From: Eledone cirrhosa
Lineage: Eukaryota
NCBI GenBank assembly: GCA_964016885.1
Contig: OZ024744.1
Coordinates: forward strand, 32,674,001 to 32,738,000
DNA length: 64,000 nt
Reading direction: 5' to 3'
Part shown: positions 44,440-57,677 of the stretch, piece after piece
How the letters are laid out: the number at the start of each line of letters is the position of its first letter
Numbering within the stretch: position 1 is the first letter of the stretch
Program-made: the position numbers and the translations under genes
Notes under the pieces: model-generated
What the model was told of the DNA's origin: nothing
What the model saw: the letters and a program-made list of their open reading frames with translations, nothing else
Databases searched by the model: none

Positions 44440-47400
44440 TCTCAGTGTCAGCCAGCAAATGCACTACCCAAAGAGCCGAGCAACTCTTCAAGTACGTCCA
44501 ATACTATGCGTAACGCAAGCATGTACTGCGAGATGAACAAATAAAAAATAATACACAATATAAAATCGCTTTTCCTATGGTTAATCAGGAAGCGCGTCCC
44601 TCAGGAAGGTGCCAGCCTGAGATCGAAAAGTCCTCCTCTGGCACAAACTCTTCTCTAATTATGGACCTGGATGGTCACTTGATCGGGGGATTGCCCCAAC
44701 TCGAGCCCTCCAGATCCACCACCCAAACCACCTCAAAAAGAAAAACCTAAAAGGATGAAATGGACCCGAGAAGAGTATAAAGAAGTAATATATGCATATT
44801 ACTATGCATTAGGTAAGCCATCACAAGACAGACACACTTTAAACTCCTACAAAATCAGGAAAACTCGGAATCAAGCTAGCAGACGTGATATGGATGGAAA
44901 TAAGTTGGCAAATGTAAGGAGGTATATCTTCAGAAATAATAGACTCACAGACACTGAACTAACTGCGATCAAGCAGGTTGTGGAGAATGACATAAATATA
45001 AATGATGAAAGAACTGAAGAATCTCCTGGAGATAGAAACCAGTCACACGTCTTTACTGAAAGACTTCCATCTGACTAAGTCACAAATAGGTTTGTAGAAA
45101 TGAGAAGCCCTATTGGACCCGCTGAAAATAGCAAGGAGAGGGACTTAGAAACAGTAATTGAAAGCCAAACATCTGCTGAAGAAAACAGGGAGACTATGAA
45201 GGAATTAAAGCAAAAAATACTGAATGAGCTTGCAGTAGTAAGACATTCTAGTATAAATGATAGAGAACCACTTCAAAAACTCCCAAATACAATCCAAAAT
45301 AAAAAACAAATAATGATTTGTAATTCTGTGACAAAGGAAATCACAGAAGAACTAGAACCTGATCTTACTGAGTTAAATGAAATCATTTATGCATCTGCTA
45401 GAGTAATTGAAACAAGTTGTTTACCACCAAAAAAACAAAAAAGTCGAACCTTCGAGGTAAACCAATTTGGAGGAGTAGACTCGAAAAGGAGATTGACGTA
45501 ATGAGAGGAGAAATATCCTTATTGAATGAGTTAACCGCTGGAAATGATATAAGATCCAAGAAGGTAAGAAAGCTAAAGAGAAAATATAGACTGTCTTCTA
45601 GAGAAGCAATAGTTCCAACAAAAGAATCTCTGAAACAAAAAGTCCAAGTAAAAACCCAACGAATTCGTAGATTCGAGAAGCGAAACAACTTCTACAGGCA
45701 AAATAAGTTGTTCTCATCCAATGCCAAGTCATTTTATAGAGAAGTAGGGAAGAAAAGAAATAATTATTGAAAACTTCTGGAGTAAGATTTGATGAGAAGA
45801 CATATAATGCTAATGTAGATTGGATTAGTCGCCTGGAAAATCCTACATAAATTTAGAAGAACAGGCGTGGGAAGACATCTCTATAGCGGACTTAAGGACA
45901 GCACTCAATAAATCTCATAATTGGAAATCTCCTGGTAGAGACTGGGTGCCAAATTTCTGGCTTTCCTCACTCCCGTGCACTCACAATATATTGTTCAAAC
46001 TGTTTAATGCAATTATGAAAGATCCAAAAAAATACACCTGATTGGATAGCAAGTGGCATTACCTACCTTCTACCAAAGAACAACGAGACCAAAGATAAAA
46101 AAAAACTATCGGCCCATAACCTGCTTGTCCACCACTTATAAACTATTAACCTCTATTCTCATGGAAAAAGCATACGTGTTTTTGGAGGAGAACAATCTTT
46201 TCCCCGTTGAACAAAAAGGGTGCCGACGAGGTTCATATGGTTGCAAAGATCAACTTTTGATTAATCGTATGATCTTTGAGAACTGTCATAATAAACACAG
46301 AAATCTCAGTTCTACATGGATCGATTATAAAAAAGCCTTTGACAGCATACCACACTCATAGATTCTGAAATCACTGGACATCTTCAAAATCTCACCTGTG
46401 ATCTCAAACTTCCTGATCACAATATGTCATTATGGAACACAAATCTCCAATTGTCTCATTCCACTGGGGTACTGTGCTGTAGGAATATAAACATCAACTG
46501 TGGTATATTCCAGGGTGACTCACTTTCACCCTTGCTTTTCTGCATAGCTTTAATACCCCTTAGATCCGAACTTAATAGAACAACGTACGGTTATATAATT
46601 GACAACAACAAAATAAGCCACCGATTTTATATGGATGATTTGAAGCTATATTGCAAAGATAATGACGAACTGGAAGGCCTTTTGCGGACAGTAAAAACGT
46701 TTAGCGATGACATTAGGATGGAGTTTGGACTTGACAAGTGTGCAAAAGCCTCTTTCAAGAAGGGGAAGCTTGTCAACTCAGACTCAGTTGAGTTGGATGC
46801 TGAAACAATCATAAAGGAACTTGAGCAGGAACAAACCTATAAATACTTAGGGATTAATGACGGCTCTGGCATACAGCATGCAAGTATGAAAGAGAGGATA
46901 AGGAAAGAATGTTACAGGAGAGTACGTGCAGTTCTGAGATCGTAACAACGTGCTAGCCATAAATTCCTTGGCAGTCCCAGTTGTCACTTATAGCTTCGGT
47001 GTGTTGAACTGGAATATGAGTGAAATCTAAAGAATCGACACCAAAGTCCGTAAGCTACTGACCTGTAATAGGATGCACCACCCAAAAGCAGATGTGGATC
47101 GTCTTTACATTCCTAGAACTCAAGGAGGCCGTGGCCTGATCCAATTTGAACTTGCTTACAAAACAACCATCATTGGACTGGCCAAATACCTTGAAACAAC
47201 TAACGACTGCATGTTGAAACTTGTTGAAAAGCATGAGAGAAGTAAGAAACTTCATTCTATCTTGAAGGAGAGCAAAAAATATGCTACTGATCTCATGCTT
47301 GATAGCCAGGCTGGACAGACTAAAGAAACTGTTGCAACTGATGCTGCTAGGCACATAAAATCACTGTCAAAAGCAAAAGGGCAAGGACAATTAGCATCAA

Positions 47401-48240
47401 ATTTGGATCAGAAACCTCTGCATGGTAAATATGTGGCCCATAGAAAACAAGCTGATGTTGACCAAAAGCACACCCATCAGTGGCTACGTAATGCAGGGCT
47501 AAAGGCGGAGAGTGAAGGCTTCATCTTAGCTGCCCCAGATCAAAGCTTATTGACTCGTAATTACCAAGCCAATGTGATGAGAAACGGAATAAACCCAAAG
47601 TACCGATTCTGCAATGCTGAGGTTGAAACAGTGGATCACTTAGTCTCTGGATGTAAAGTTTTAGTACCAGTAGAATACAAATATAGACATGACAGAGTTG
47701 GCCAATATCTACACTGGGTAATATGTCGGCATTACAAAATCAAAGCTGAAGACAAGTGGTACAATCATCACCCTGAAGCTGTAACTGAAGGAGAAAAAGT
47801 AACAATTCTCTAGGACTTTCCTGTACATACTGACAGGACCATAAAAGCAAATAGACCTGACATCATTGTAAAAGATCAACATAACAAGGTTTGTTTATTG
47901 ATAGATATGAGCATCCCATGTGATGACAATATCGCGGCAAAAGGATTTGACAAGCTACGAAAATATAAAGATCTGCTTATTGAAATTGAGAAAATGTGGC
48001 ACCTCAAGGCCGTTACAATACCAGTGATTGTGGGAGGACTGGGAATGATCAAGAAAGGAACAGAACAGTATTTGCAAATGATTGCTGGTTTATCCTCTCT
48101 GCACGAGCTGCAAAAAATTGTTTTGACTGGTACTGCACACGTATTAGCTGGCTTACCAATGCACACTGTGGATTTATTTGCCCTAGGGGTCAGGAAGACA
48201 CTCGGCATATATCTCAGAAACAATAATGAAAGAAAATAAT
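44440..48240 (+). mobile_element. R4/Dong-clade element (family C, related to A), near full length, many stops and frameshifts
   Basis: KWTREEYKEVIYAYY, NYRPITCL, QGDSLSP, FYMDD, HHPKADVDRLY, RHDRVGQYLHW, IDMSIPCD..KLRKYKDL, VLTGTAHVL. Confidence 0.92.
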
Positions 48241-48244
48241 AATA

Positions 48245-49561
48245 TTAAGGATATTAACACTGAAGAAGGATAAAATATTTAGGTGTTCTGGAGGCAGATT
48301 ACATCAAGAACAAAAAAAATGAAGGAATTGATATGATCTGAGTACATAATGATAGTAAGGAACATATTAAGATCACATCTAAATAGTAGGAATGCCATAA
48401 GTGCAGTAAATTCCCAAGCTGTCTATTATTAGGTACAGTGCGGGAATTCTAAGATGGATGTTGCAGAACAAAAAGAAATGTATAGGAAGACTAGGAAGCT
48501 ATTGACTATCTACAACATGTTCCACAAGAGGAGTGATGTCGATAGACTCTACTTAAGGAGATCTGAAGGTGGAAGAGGTCTTATCGGCATAGAGGACTGT
48601 GTTCAGATGGAGAAAAACAGCCTGCACAAATATGTGGCTGATAGTAAGGAGCCAATGCTCAGAATTGTACTGAAGGAGAGGACAATAGACCAGGGGATGT
48701 CCAAGGAGGAAATAAAAACAAGGAGGAAGAGCAATCTTCATGAAAAATCCCTTCATAGCACCTTCTTTAAGAAAACGGAATTTAGAGATCCATAGAAATG
48801 GAACTGGTTAAAAAGAGGAGACCTTAAAAAGCTACAGAAAGAATGCTAATGGCTGCGCAAGGGGAAGCCCTCTGAACGAAGTGGGTGAAACACCATATTT
48901 ACAAGGAGGAGGCTAGCTCACTGTGTAGGATATTTGGAGAGAGAGAGGAGACTGTGGCTCACATTGTATCCGAGTGTAAACACCTAGCCCAGACTCATTA
49001 TAAAGGCTGGAGACATGATGCGATGGGCAGGGTGATCCACTGGCACCTATGCAAAGTAAACAATTTACCACATTCTGAGAAGTGGTATGAGCATAAGCCA
49101 GAGTCGGTGATAGAAAACGATCAGGTGAAGGTGCTGTGGGATTTTAGGATACAGACGGACAAGAAACTGGAACACAATAGACCTGACCTGGTGGTTTTGG
49201 ACAAGGACAAAAGATCGTGCCTGATTGTAGATGTAGGCTGCCCCTTTGACACATGAGTGTAAGAAAAGGAAAATTAACCGATACCAGGACTTAAAGTGGG
49301 AGTTAAAAAGGATTTGGAACTGCCATGAAGTCAAGGTCGTCCCGATTGTCATAGGCGCACTAGGTACTATCTCAAAGAGTTTCCAAGGATGGTTAAAGAA
49401 AATTAGTCCAGCCCCGCCTTTTGGAACACTTCAAAAGGCATGCTTGCTGGGAACAGCAAGAACCCTCCGATACGTCCTGAATATCTGAGGCTGCAGGTAG
49501 CGGCTTGATATTCATTTCAACAAACTTTCCAGTTAACTAACATCAATGACTGAGACTCAAA
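48245..49561 (+). mobile_element. 5'-truncated R4/Dong family B copy (~1.3 kb) followed by (TAA)n
   Basis: Closely similar to 30597-31930. Confidence 0.92.
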
Positions 49562-49576
49562 TAATAATAATAATAA

Positions 49577-49787
49577 TGGTTTCTTATATATGCACAAGGC
49601 CAGTCAGTAATTTGGGGGGAGGGGAAAGACGATTAAATCGACCCCCGTACATTACTGGTACTATATTTCATCATCCCCGTATGGATGAATGGCAAATGTA
49701 ACCTCGGTGAGATTTGAACTCAGAATGTAAAGGGGTGTAACTCTATACCTCACAGCATTTTGTCCGACGCTTTAGTGATTATGCCAA
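49577..49787 (-). mobile_element. Nin-domain SINE, diverged longer subfamily
   Basis: ggtttcttatatatgcacaaggcc...attactggtact...gatttgaactcag. Confidence 0.8.
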
Positions 49788-50103
49788 ATAATATTAAAAT
49801 TAATAATATTACTAAATTTTTTCGAAAATCTTGGATTATTCATAAAATTATTTGAAAGTTTCTTTCATTAGAAATATCATTATCCAAACGACAAAATATG
49901 ATCTGCCATTGTTTAAATTAGTGCCGTGTTTCAGGAGTTTCAGGAAAAGATATTTAATTTAATACCAGTTTCTCGTTCGTAGTTGCTTTCGTAATGGCGA
50001 CGTTAAATTGAAATTAAAACGATGAGAATAAGACACACACGCACACATACACAAATATAAATATATGTATAGATATGTTTGTGCGTGTATGCGTGTGTGT
50101 GTG

Positions 50104-50144
<41 letters not shown>

Positions 50145-50161
50145 ATATATATATTATATAT

Positions 50162-50250
<89 letters not shown>

Positions 50251-50659
50251 TATACGTATATATGTATATAATGTATATATGCACGTATGTATGTATGTAT
50301 ATACACACATCACCTCAGATAAACACCCTGTTTACAAAAACGGTCCGTGGGAAATCGCCCAAAGCAAATATCTAAACAGCAAGTTGAATGGCAACCGACT
50401 ATACCTAAGCCAGGTGCCGCTTGTCTATCTGTTGCCTGTCTTACTGTCTGTCTGCATGGCTGTGTATATGTATATCTGTTAGTTCGTGTCTATGTATGCA
50501 TATATGCATGTATGTGTGTTTGTATGTATCTATCCATGTATGTGTGTATGTATGTATATATGTATATATGTATGTATATATGTATGCATATATGTTTTTT
50601 TGTATGTATGCCAGGCTATCTAGCTATCTCTTGGCCCTTACATGGGCAACTAGCCACCA

Positions 50660-50723
<64 letters not shown>

Positions 50724-51227
50724 TTGTATATATATATATATATATGTATTTATATATATAATATAGATATATCTGCATCTCCGTATGCATTGAGTATTCC
50801 CCTAATTCGTCGTCTCCTCAGCACCCCAGATTCTCTCTCTCTCTCGCTCTCTGTTTCTCCCCCCCCCCCCTCTCTGAAACGTGCTTCATCTAACTGATTT
50901 TCAACACAAGCGACATAGTGCTGAAAAACGGAAGTATATATGAGTCAGCCGATCATGCGGGAGGACGTCGACAAGGGGATAACTCAAGTTAAACTGATGT
51001 AGGGAGATGATTGAGTTCATTCTGGATATAATCACTCTGAGTCATTGTAGTTACGGAAATAAGTACTTGGAGGCGTGTGGACATCGATTATAAAATCCAC
51101 ATCTGCAGACGTAGATTACTCCATTCAATGTAAAGTTCTGGCTAAATGAAATTCACAACCTCACGATTGCAAGCTGAACGCTCTAATCAGTAAACCATGA
51201 TCCTTTATATAGGTTTGTAACGCATGA

Positions 51228-51279
<52 letters not shown>

Positions 51280-51520
51280 CAGTTATTTTAACGAAACGGT
51301 CGTAAATGAATGAAATGATATAATTTAAATCCTTGTTAATCCTTATTCTTACATATATATATACACCTCCTCATTTAATATTTTTCCCTCCTAGCCAGGG
51401 TGAACTGTTCGTGGTATTGAGACCAGGTAGATCCCAGACAAGGGTTGTACTCGTTGCTATAGTAAATAGTAAAATCCCAGCAGAGGATCCACTCCGTTGG
51501 GATTTTATTAATTATAATAA

Positions 51521-51700
51521 TTGTTTCTACTTTAGGCACAAGGCCAGCAATTAACCAGTGCATTACTGGTACTTTATTTTATCGACCCCGTAAGGATGAA
51601 AGGCAAAGTTAATCTCGGCGGGATTTGAACTTAGATCGTAAAGGGACGTAACTATGCTGGAAAGCATGGCGTCCGACCCTCTACCGATACTGCCAATCCA
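51521..51700 (-). mobile_element. Nin-domain SINE, full length
   Basis: Family match with aataat flanks. Confidence 0.92.
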
Positions 51701-52980
51701 CCAATAATAATGTAATTATATATCATCATCATTATGGTAACTGTTCCCTACTGAGGTTTGTATCGTCTGAGAGTTGATTGATAATGTTTTGTGAGGTCTT
51801 CCTCTACAACATCAACAATAAACACAATAATAACCGTAACAACAACAACAACAATAACACCATCACAAACAACAATAGCAGTAAAAAGAGCAACAACGTA
51901 TATTGATGCAAATGGTAAGAAACTCTCGGGAGAGCTGGACAGCAGAAGGTTTTCAGAGAAGAAACTCCACACAAGAAAGTCTTTCCGCCCTTAACTTCTC
52001 ACACTCTAATAAGGCCGGGCCACATCCAGGCCATGTCTTCTGGGTGCCCTAAAGTCTTACACTCTAAGGAGACCACGGCACATCCAGTTTATTACTCCTG
52101 TGTGCCCTTCAGCTGTAATGTTTTAACACTTGGATATCGGAGACTTGTTATACATTTAAACCGTTTGGATATTTTGTTGACCCGATCTAGCTGGAACTCC
52201 TCTCCGTTGCCTTTGCTTCCAAAGTTAGGTTTAAACGCTTTCTTCAGTTTGGAAAAATAACATTGGTAGTCTGTGTCTCATTGTTTAAATTACTGTTTTA
52301 ATAGATTCTGTTGCGTTACATTAAGTTAGATTAGAAGAGGATTATAAAGAAATAGAAAGAAAGTGACGTCCGAACAAGTATCCTCCACCACCAACTAACT
52401 TAACCTCCACCTCTGGGTCCTGGCTGTCATGATGGAGAATACATTGCCCCGGAGGACGGTGAGGGAGACACATTGGACTGCCACGCAACCTCCAAGCGGC
52501 CAACTCCGCCCCGATAGCAGTGAGTATGGGTGTGGTCTAGGGTCCAAGAATGCCAGACGTCTACACTGCTACAGGCTCTACCACAAACCTATCAGAGTGC
52601 GGTTGATACTTGACTTGACGGGCAGCAGAGCCTGGGGTGGGAGCCGAAAGCATCATGTTGCCACTAAAGTAGGAGTCGCAGCATCTTTTAGTTATGGTAG
52701 CGGTGAGACGTCAACTGTATCGCCGGAACCGCCACCAACGCTACAACCATGACTCACACAGGGTTACTTCCCTTAGCATACGTTAACATACAAACATAAT
52801 GCCTTCAAACAATCAAACACAATTTCATGTAAAAGGTAACAACATCTGGATGACCTTGAAATTTAAAGTATCAGAAAATTATAATACAATTGTTTTCTAA
52901 TTAGGGTTAATAAGATCTAATAAGGACTAATGAGGAAATACATATAAACAATGGAATATAGTCGTATAAAGCTTAGATTT

Positions 52981-53078
<98 letters not shown>

Positions 53079-53552
53079 TGTGTGTGTGTGTCTGTCTGTG
53101 TGTCTTGAGCAAGACACTATATTTCACGTTGCTCCAGTTTACTCAGCTTCAGCTAAAGAAATGAGTTACAACGTCACTGGTGCTAAACTGTCTCGGCTTT
53201 TGCCTTTCTCGTGGTGGCGTGGTGAGAGGTGACTTGTATGGGTGACAGCTGGTCTTCCACACACAAACAATCTTGCCTCAGAGGAGAGCTTTCGTGACCA
53301 AAGGGGATCTTTACCCGTTATATATATGTTAAGGTATGGTCCCGTAACTCCAGATAGAGTCGCAGAGATGTCGCATTGACATACGGCGTTTCCAGTGCAT
53401 TTTAAGTACAGAAAGATAGAAAGTGAGAGAGCGCAATGAGAAAGAGGTATCGAAAGGATGAAAGGTAAAGTTGAACGCAGCTTCATATGCAAATGAGATT
53501 AATCACCTCATTTACACAGACGAGAAAAGTATATATTCTCGGCTGTCTTCTA

Positions 53553-53646
53553 GTCCAGCAGAGGCAAGCGCTGGGAGGGACCGTCCTGACGAAGGCCAGT
53601 CAAGCCTGAAATGCATAGACGGTTGTCCCCCTTGCTTCTGCTGGAC
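53553..53646 (+). ncRNA. Type I hammerhead ribozyme, intact, with long extended stem I
   Basis: ACCGTC-CTGACGA-AGGC-cagtcaa-GCCT-GAAA-T-GC-A-TA-GACGGT (53580-53623); distal helix GTCCAGCAGAGGCAAG/CTTGCTTCTGCTGGAC (16 bp, one G-U). Confidence 0.9.
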
Positions 53647-54093
53647 ACCACCAGAGGGCGTTACTCCCGGTGTTTGCATAGCTACGGCTTCCTAAAACTG
53701 TGTTTCTTTATATATATATATATATATATATATAGTAATAATAATAAATGTGAAGACTAAAATCCAAAGAGGTCTAGATAAGGATAAATATGTATCAAAT
53801 ATATATTTATATATATTTGATATATATAAATTAAGGATGTAAACACCTACTCTTTGCTTAAACTTTAATCTGTTATTTTAATAAATATATATATATGTGT
53901 GTGTGCGTGTGTGAATTCGTACATCTAAAGATATACGGCATGTTTAATAAATAATCTCTTTGAAAGCCAGCGCCGTCTAGCGGAATTTACTTCAACTGGC
54001 CGATGTGGATCGGATCTGCTAGTTAACAGCGGCAGGATGAATGCAGTTAACCTGCCAAAATCTCTGCAGTGCTTAGTCAGTTGATATTATTAT

Positions 54094-54275
54094 AGGCAGT
54101 GTCGGTAGAGGGTCGGACGCCATGATTTGACGCATAGAATTACAGCCCTTGCCATTCTGAGTTCAAATCCCGCCGAGGTTAACTTTGCCTTTCATCCTTA
54201 CAAGGTCGATAAAATAAAGTACCAGTAATGCACTGGGTAATTGTTGACCTTGTGCCAAAAGTAGAAACAATTATT
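54094..54275 (+). mobile_element. Nin-domain SINE, full length
   Basis: Family match. Confidence 0.9.
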
Positions 54276-54756
54276 ATAATACAAGAGAAATTGAGGTATC
54301 TCATTTCTATCTCTGTGTGTGAAATTACTACTGCCTCCGTCAAAGTTGGCAGCAAGTGGTGACGTCACGGGTGGAAGAATGATCTATCTTTCAAGCAGGG
54401 ACTGTGCTAGCGGGAAAATAGAAATATATATATATATATATTTATATATAAATATATATTTATAAAAACAAATAACGAAACGAAATTAAATTTCGTTTCG
54501 TTTGTAACTCACTTTTGTATGACTGACGCTTAAACAATTAAGTTAAAAATGTACATCCACATATGTATACTGAAATACTAGTATGCATATGAATACACAC
54601 ACGTGTACATATGTAGATGTACCGAGTTTTTCACTGGTCACTTTACTGTGAGTGTCCAGCTATTCTGTATGTAAACACACAGACAAACCGGTTTTTAGAG
54701 TCATACTGGTTTTTGAGGAAACACCTTTCCTCTATTCTCCAGAAAGCCAGACAAGA

Positions 54757-54801
54757 AATATTGGACTAGTTTCGATGTTGTTACATCTCATCAGCAATAT
54801 T
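54757..54801 (-). ncRNA. Type I hammerhead ribozyme, intact
   Basis: Reverse complement AATATTG-CTGATGA-GATGT-AACA-ACATC-GAAA-C-TA-G-TC-CAATATT. Confidence 0.92.
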
Positions 54802-55150
54802 TACCTATCTTCCGGCCTTTCTAGAGAATCGTAAAAGCACATATCGTTATATGCTTTTTCTATGAAAATTAGTAGTGGGCAGACTAATTTGCATAGAGCG
54901 TGAGTACGTACCGGTTCAACGGAGACGATAAAAACAAATAACGAAACGAAATTAAATTTCGTTTCGTTTGTAACTCACTTTTGTATGACTGACGCTTAAA
55001 CAATTAAGTTAAAAATGTACATCCACATATGTATACTGAAATTTGTTTTTATCGTCTCCGTTGAACCGATACGTACTCACGCTCTATGCAAATTAGTCTG
55101 CCCACTACTAATTTTCATAGAAAAAGCATATAACGATATGTGCTTTTACG

Positions 55151-55246
55151 ATTCTCTAGAAAGGCCGGAAGATAGGTAAATATTGCTGATGAGATGTAAC
55201 AACATCGAAACTAGTCCAATATTCCTTGTCTGGCTTTCTGGAGAAT
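55151..55246 (+). ncRNA. Type I hammerhead ribozyme, intact, with extended stem I
   Basis: Core 55179-55223 AATATTG-CTGATGA-GATGT-AACA-ACATC-GAAA-CTAG-TC-CAATATT; distal attctctagaaag / ctttctggagaat pairing. Confidence 0.92.
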
Positions 55247-55508
55247 AGAGGAAAGGTGTTTCCTCAAAAACCAGTATGACTCTAAAAACCGGTTTGTCTG
55301 TGTGTTTACATACAGAATAGCTGGACACTCACAGTAAAGTGACCAGTGAAAAACTCGGTACATCTACATATGTACACGTGTGTGTATTCATATGCATACT
55401 AGTATTTCAGTATACATATGTGGATGTACATTTTTAACTTAATTATATATTTATATATATTATTCAAAATATTAATAAATGAAGACATTCACATAATCAA
55501 AATATATG

Positions 55509-55570
55509 TTTTATTATATATATTTCGAAGGTACTGTGGTGTTTTTTCAGTACGTCCTCATCAGATAAAA
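55509..55570 (-). ncRNA. Type I hammerhead ribozyme
   Basis: Reverse complement TTTTAT-CTGATGA-GG-ac-GTACTG..CAGTAC-CTTC-GAAA-T-ATAT-A-TA-ATAAAA. Confidence 0.8.
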
Positions 55571-55719
55571 TACATGAATTGATTATGACATACCTCAACG
55601 GTGTTGATGGTTGAATTCCAGTATTGGCAGTGCCAATACTGGAATTGAACCATTGGCACTGCCAATACTGGAATTGAACCATCAAGACCGTTGAGGTATG
55701 TCATACATCAATTCATGTA

Positions 55720-55781
55720 TTTTATCTGACGAGGACGTACTGAAAAAACAGCACAGTACCTTCGAAATATATATAATAAAA
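55720..55781 (+). ncRNA. Type I hammerhead ribozyme
   Basis: TTTTAT-CTGACGA-GG-ac-GTACTG..CAGTAC-CTTC-GAAA-T-ATAT-A-TA-ATAAAA. Confidence 0.8.
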
Positions 55782-55925
55782 CATATATTTTGATTATGTG
55801 AATGTCTTCATTTATTAATATTTTGAATAATATTAAAAACTCCAGAAAACTTTTCTTGTAGAGTGCTTTTAATCTATTGTAAAACTATATTCATTGAGTA
55901 ATCAATGAACCATATTAATCTTTGG

Positions 55926-55966
<41 letters not shown>

Positions 55967-55977
55967 TCGAAATATTA

Positions 55978-56075
<98 letters not shown>

Positions 56076-56113
56076 TTGCGAGGTTTTTTATATGAAATTG
56101 TGTGTCGAAACAA

Positions 56114-57071
56114 ATATTGTTATACTTGGGGAGGGTCATATTTGTGTAATATTTCCAGAATTAATAACAGAACCACTCACTGTTTGGTTGGTTTTCGCTT
56201 CTGTGTCTTTTATATCGGTTAATTTAATTTATTCGGTCCTCAATGTTGCCATTGACTGACCAACAGTCAAAATTACAGATACAATATAGACAAACACATA
56301 TATATAGTCTATCAAATTCTTTCGTTGCACATCTGCAACATCGTCAGTGGTGCTATTGTTTCCTCCCGTTGCATTGTATGTCTACGCCATCTTTATTTAG
56401 TCTGTTTATATATATATATTTTTTTTTGTCTTCTTTGCGCATGCGTTTGCGTGTGTGTATAGTGTTTTGTTTGACGTATGTTCGTGTTTGGGTGGCTGTG
56501 TATTGGTTAATGTATTCTATCTTTACTAGTGTGTGTTTTTATGTGTTTGTTGTTATTGTGCTTGTGTATTTATTTATTTATCTATTTATTTATACTTTTC
56601 TTAGGTCAGTGTTGTTTATTTGGATGTTGTTGTTATTCCATTCATTTTTTCTGTTTAGCCTTGGCCTTCTAAGTTCTATTTCACTGGCCTCTCTGATTTG
56701 CCTATCTGCTGGGTCATTTCTAAGATTAGATATTATTCTAATTTCTATGTTGTCTATGTTACCGTCGTGTTGTTGTCTAAATAAAGATGGCGTAGACATA
56801 CAATGGAACGGGAGGAAACAATAGCACCACTGACGATGTTGCAGATGTGCTACGAAAGAACTTTGATAGACGATATATATGTGTTTGTGTCTATATTGTA
56901 TCTGTATTTTTGACCGTTGGTCAGTCAATGGCAACATTGAGGACCGAATAAATTAGATTGCCGATATAAAAGACACCGAAGCGAAAAGCGAAAACCAACC
57001 AAACAGTGAGTGTGTTCTGTTATTAATTCTGGTAATATTACACAAATATGACCCTCCCCAAGTATAACAAT
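56114..57071 (-). mobile_element. 5'-truncated Penelope-like element with inverted pseudo-LTR
   Basis: Inverted arms at 56114-56400 and 56776-57071. The spacer encodes on - HDGNIDNIEIRIISNLRNDPADRQIREASEIELRRPRLNRKNE, a GIY-YIG C-terminal R.I.EA..I....P.LN motif. Each arm has a CTGACGA-tgttgca-gatg-tgc(a/t)ac-GAAA hammerhead-like core; related piece at 59320-59490. Confidence 0.8.
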
Positions 57072-57182
57072 ATATATATATATATATTTGTGTATAGTGG
57101 TAGCTATGGTGCTTCCGTAGGCAGTATGCCAAAATTAGCACTCGATATTCATCAGAGTAGAGTGTAGATATTATAACGAAAA

Positions 57183-57460
57183 GGAAAAATCAGTGATGCA
57201 TCTGGACTTAGTTTATTTCGTGTTACAAATGTTTCGCCGCCATGTAGCTCTAGTCATGGTCCTTGTATGGATCTGGCTGATTCTACTTTTGCGGGTTCTT
57301 TCAGACACGGGTGTTATGTCCGGAGCAAATGTTGTCTGAAAGAACCCGCAGAAGTAGAATCAGCCAGATCCATACAAGGTCCATGACTCGAGCTACATGC
57401 TGGCGAAACATTTGTAACACGGAATAAACTAAGCCCAGATGCATCACTGATTTTTCGTTT
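57183..57460. mobile_element. ~280-bp inverted repeat with a hammerhead-like motif in each arm, abutting (TA)n
   Basis: gaaaaatcagtgatgcatctgg... is mirrored by ...ccagatgcatcactgatttttc. Minus arm 57219-57309 reads CGTGT-CTGAAAGA-ac-CCGC..(~50 nt)..GCGG-c-GAAA-C-ATTT-G-TA-ACACG. Confidence 0.8.
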
Positions 57461-57463
57461 TCT

Positions 57464-57585
<122 letters not shown>

Positions 57586-57611
57586 TATATATATGTGTGT
57601 GTTTCGAAATA

Positions 57612-57677
<66 letters not shown>

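Larger units (their letters stand above)
54462..55444. mobile_element. Hammerhead-bearing non-coding element: 466-bp unit, partial tandem repeat, then inverted copy; flanked by (TA)n
   Basis: 54462-54575 is repeated at 54928-55042 (period 466); 55042-55444 is the reverse complement of ~54535-54938. Confidence 0.85.
55460..55833. mobile_element. ~370-bp palindromic element with a hammerhead in each arm
   Basis: tattcaaaatattaataaatgaagacattcac... is mirrored to ...ttttgaataata; the centre has a short duplication of tgccaatactggaattgaacca. Confidence 0.9.

Noticed and set aside
54652-55328. Identical 60-aa ORFs on opposite strands as a duplicated gene
   Set aside because: Consequence of the inverted repeat; GTG start, no motif, antisense to the hammerhead.
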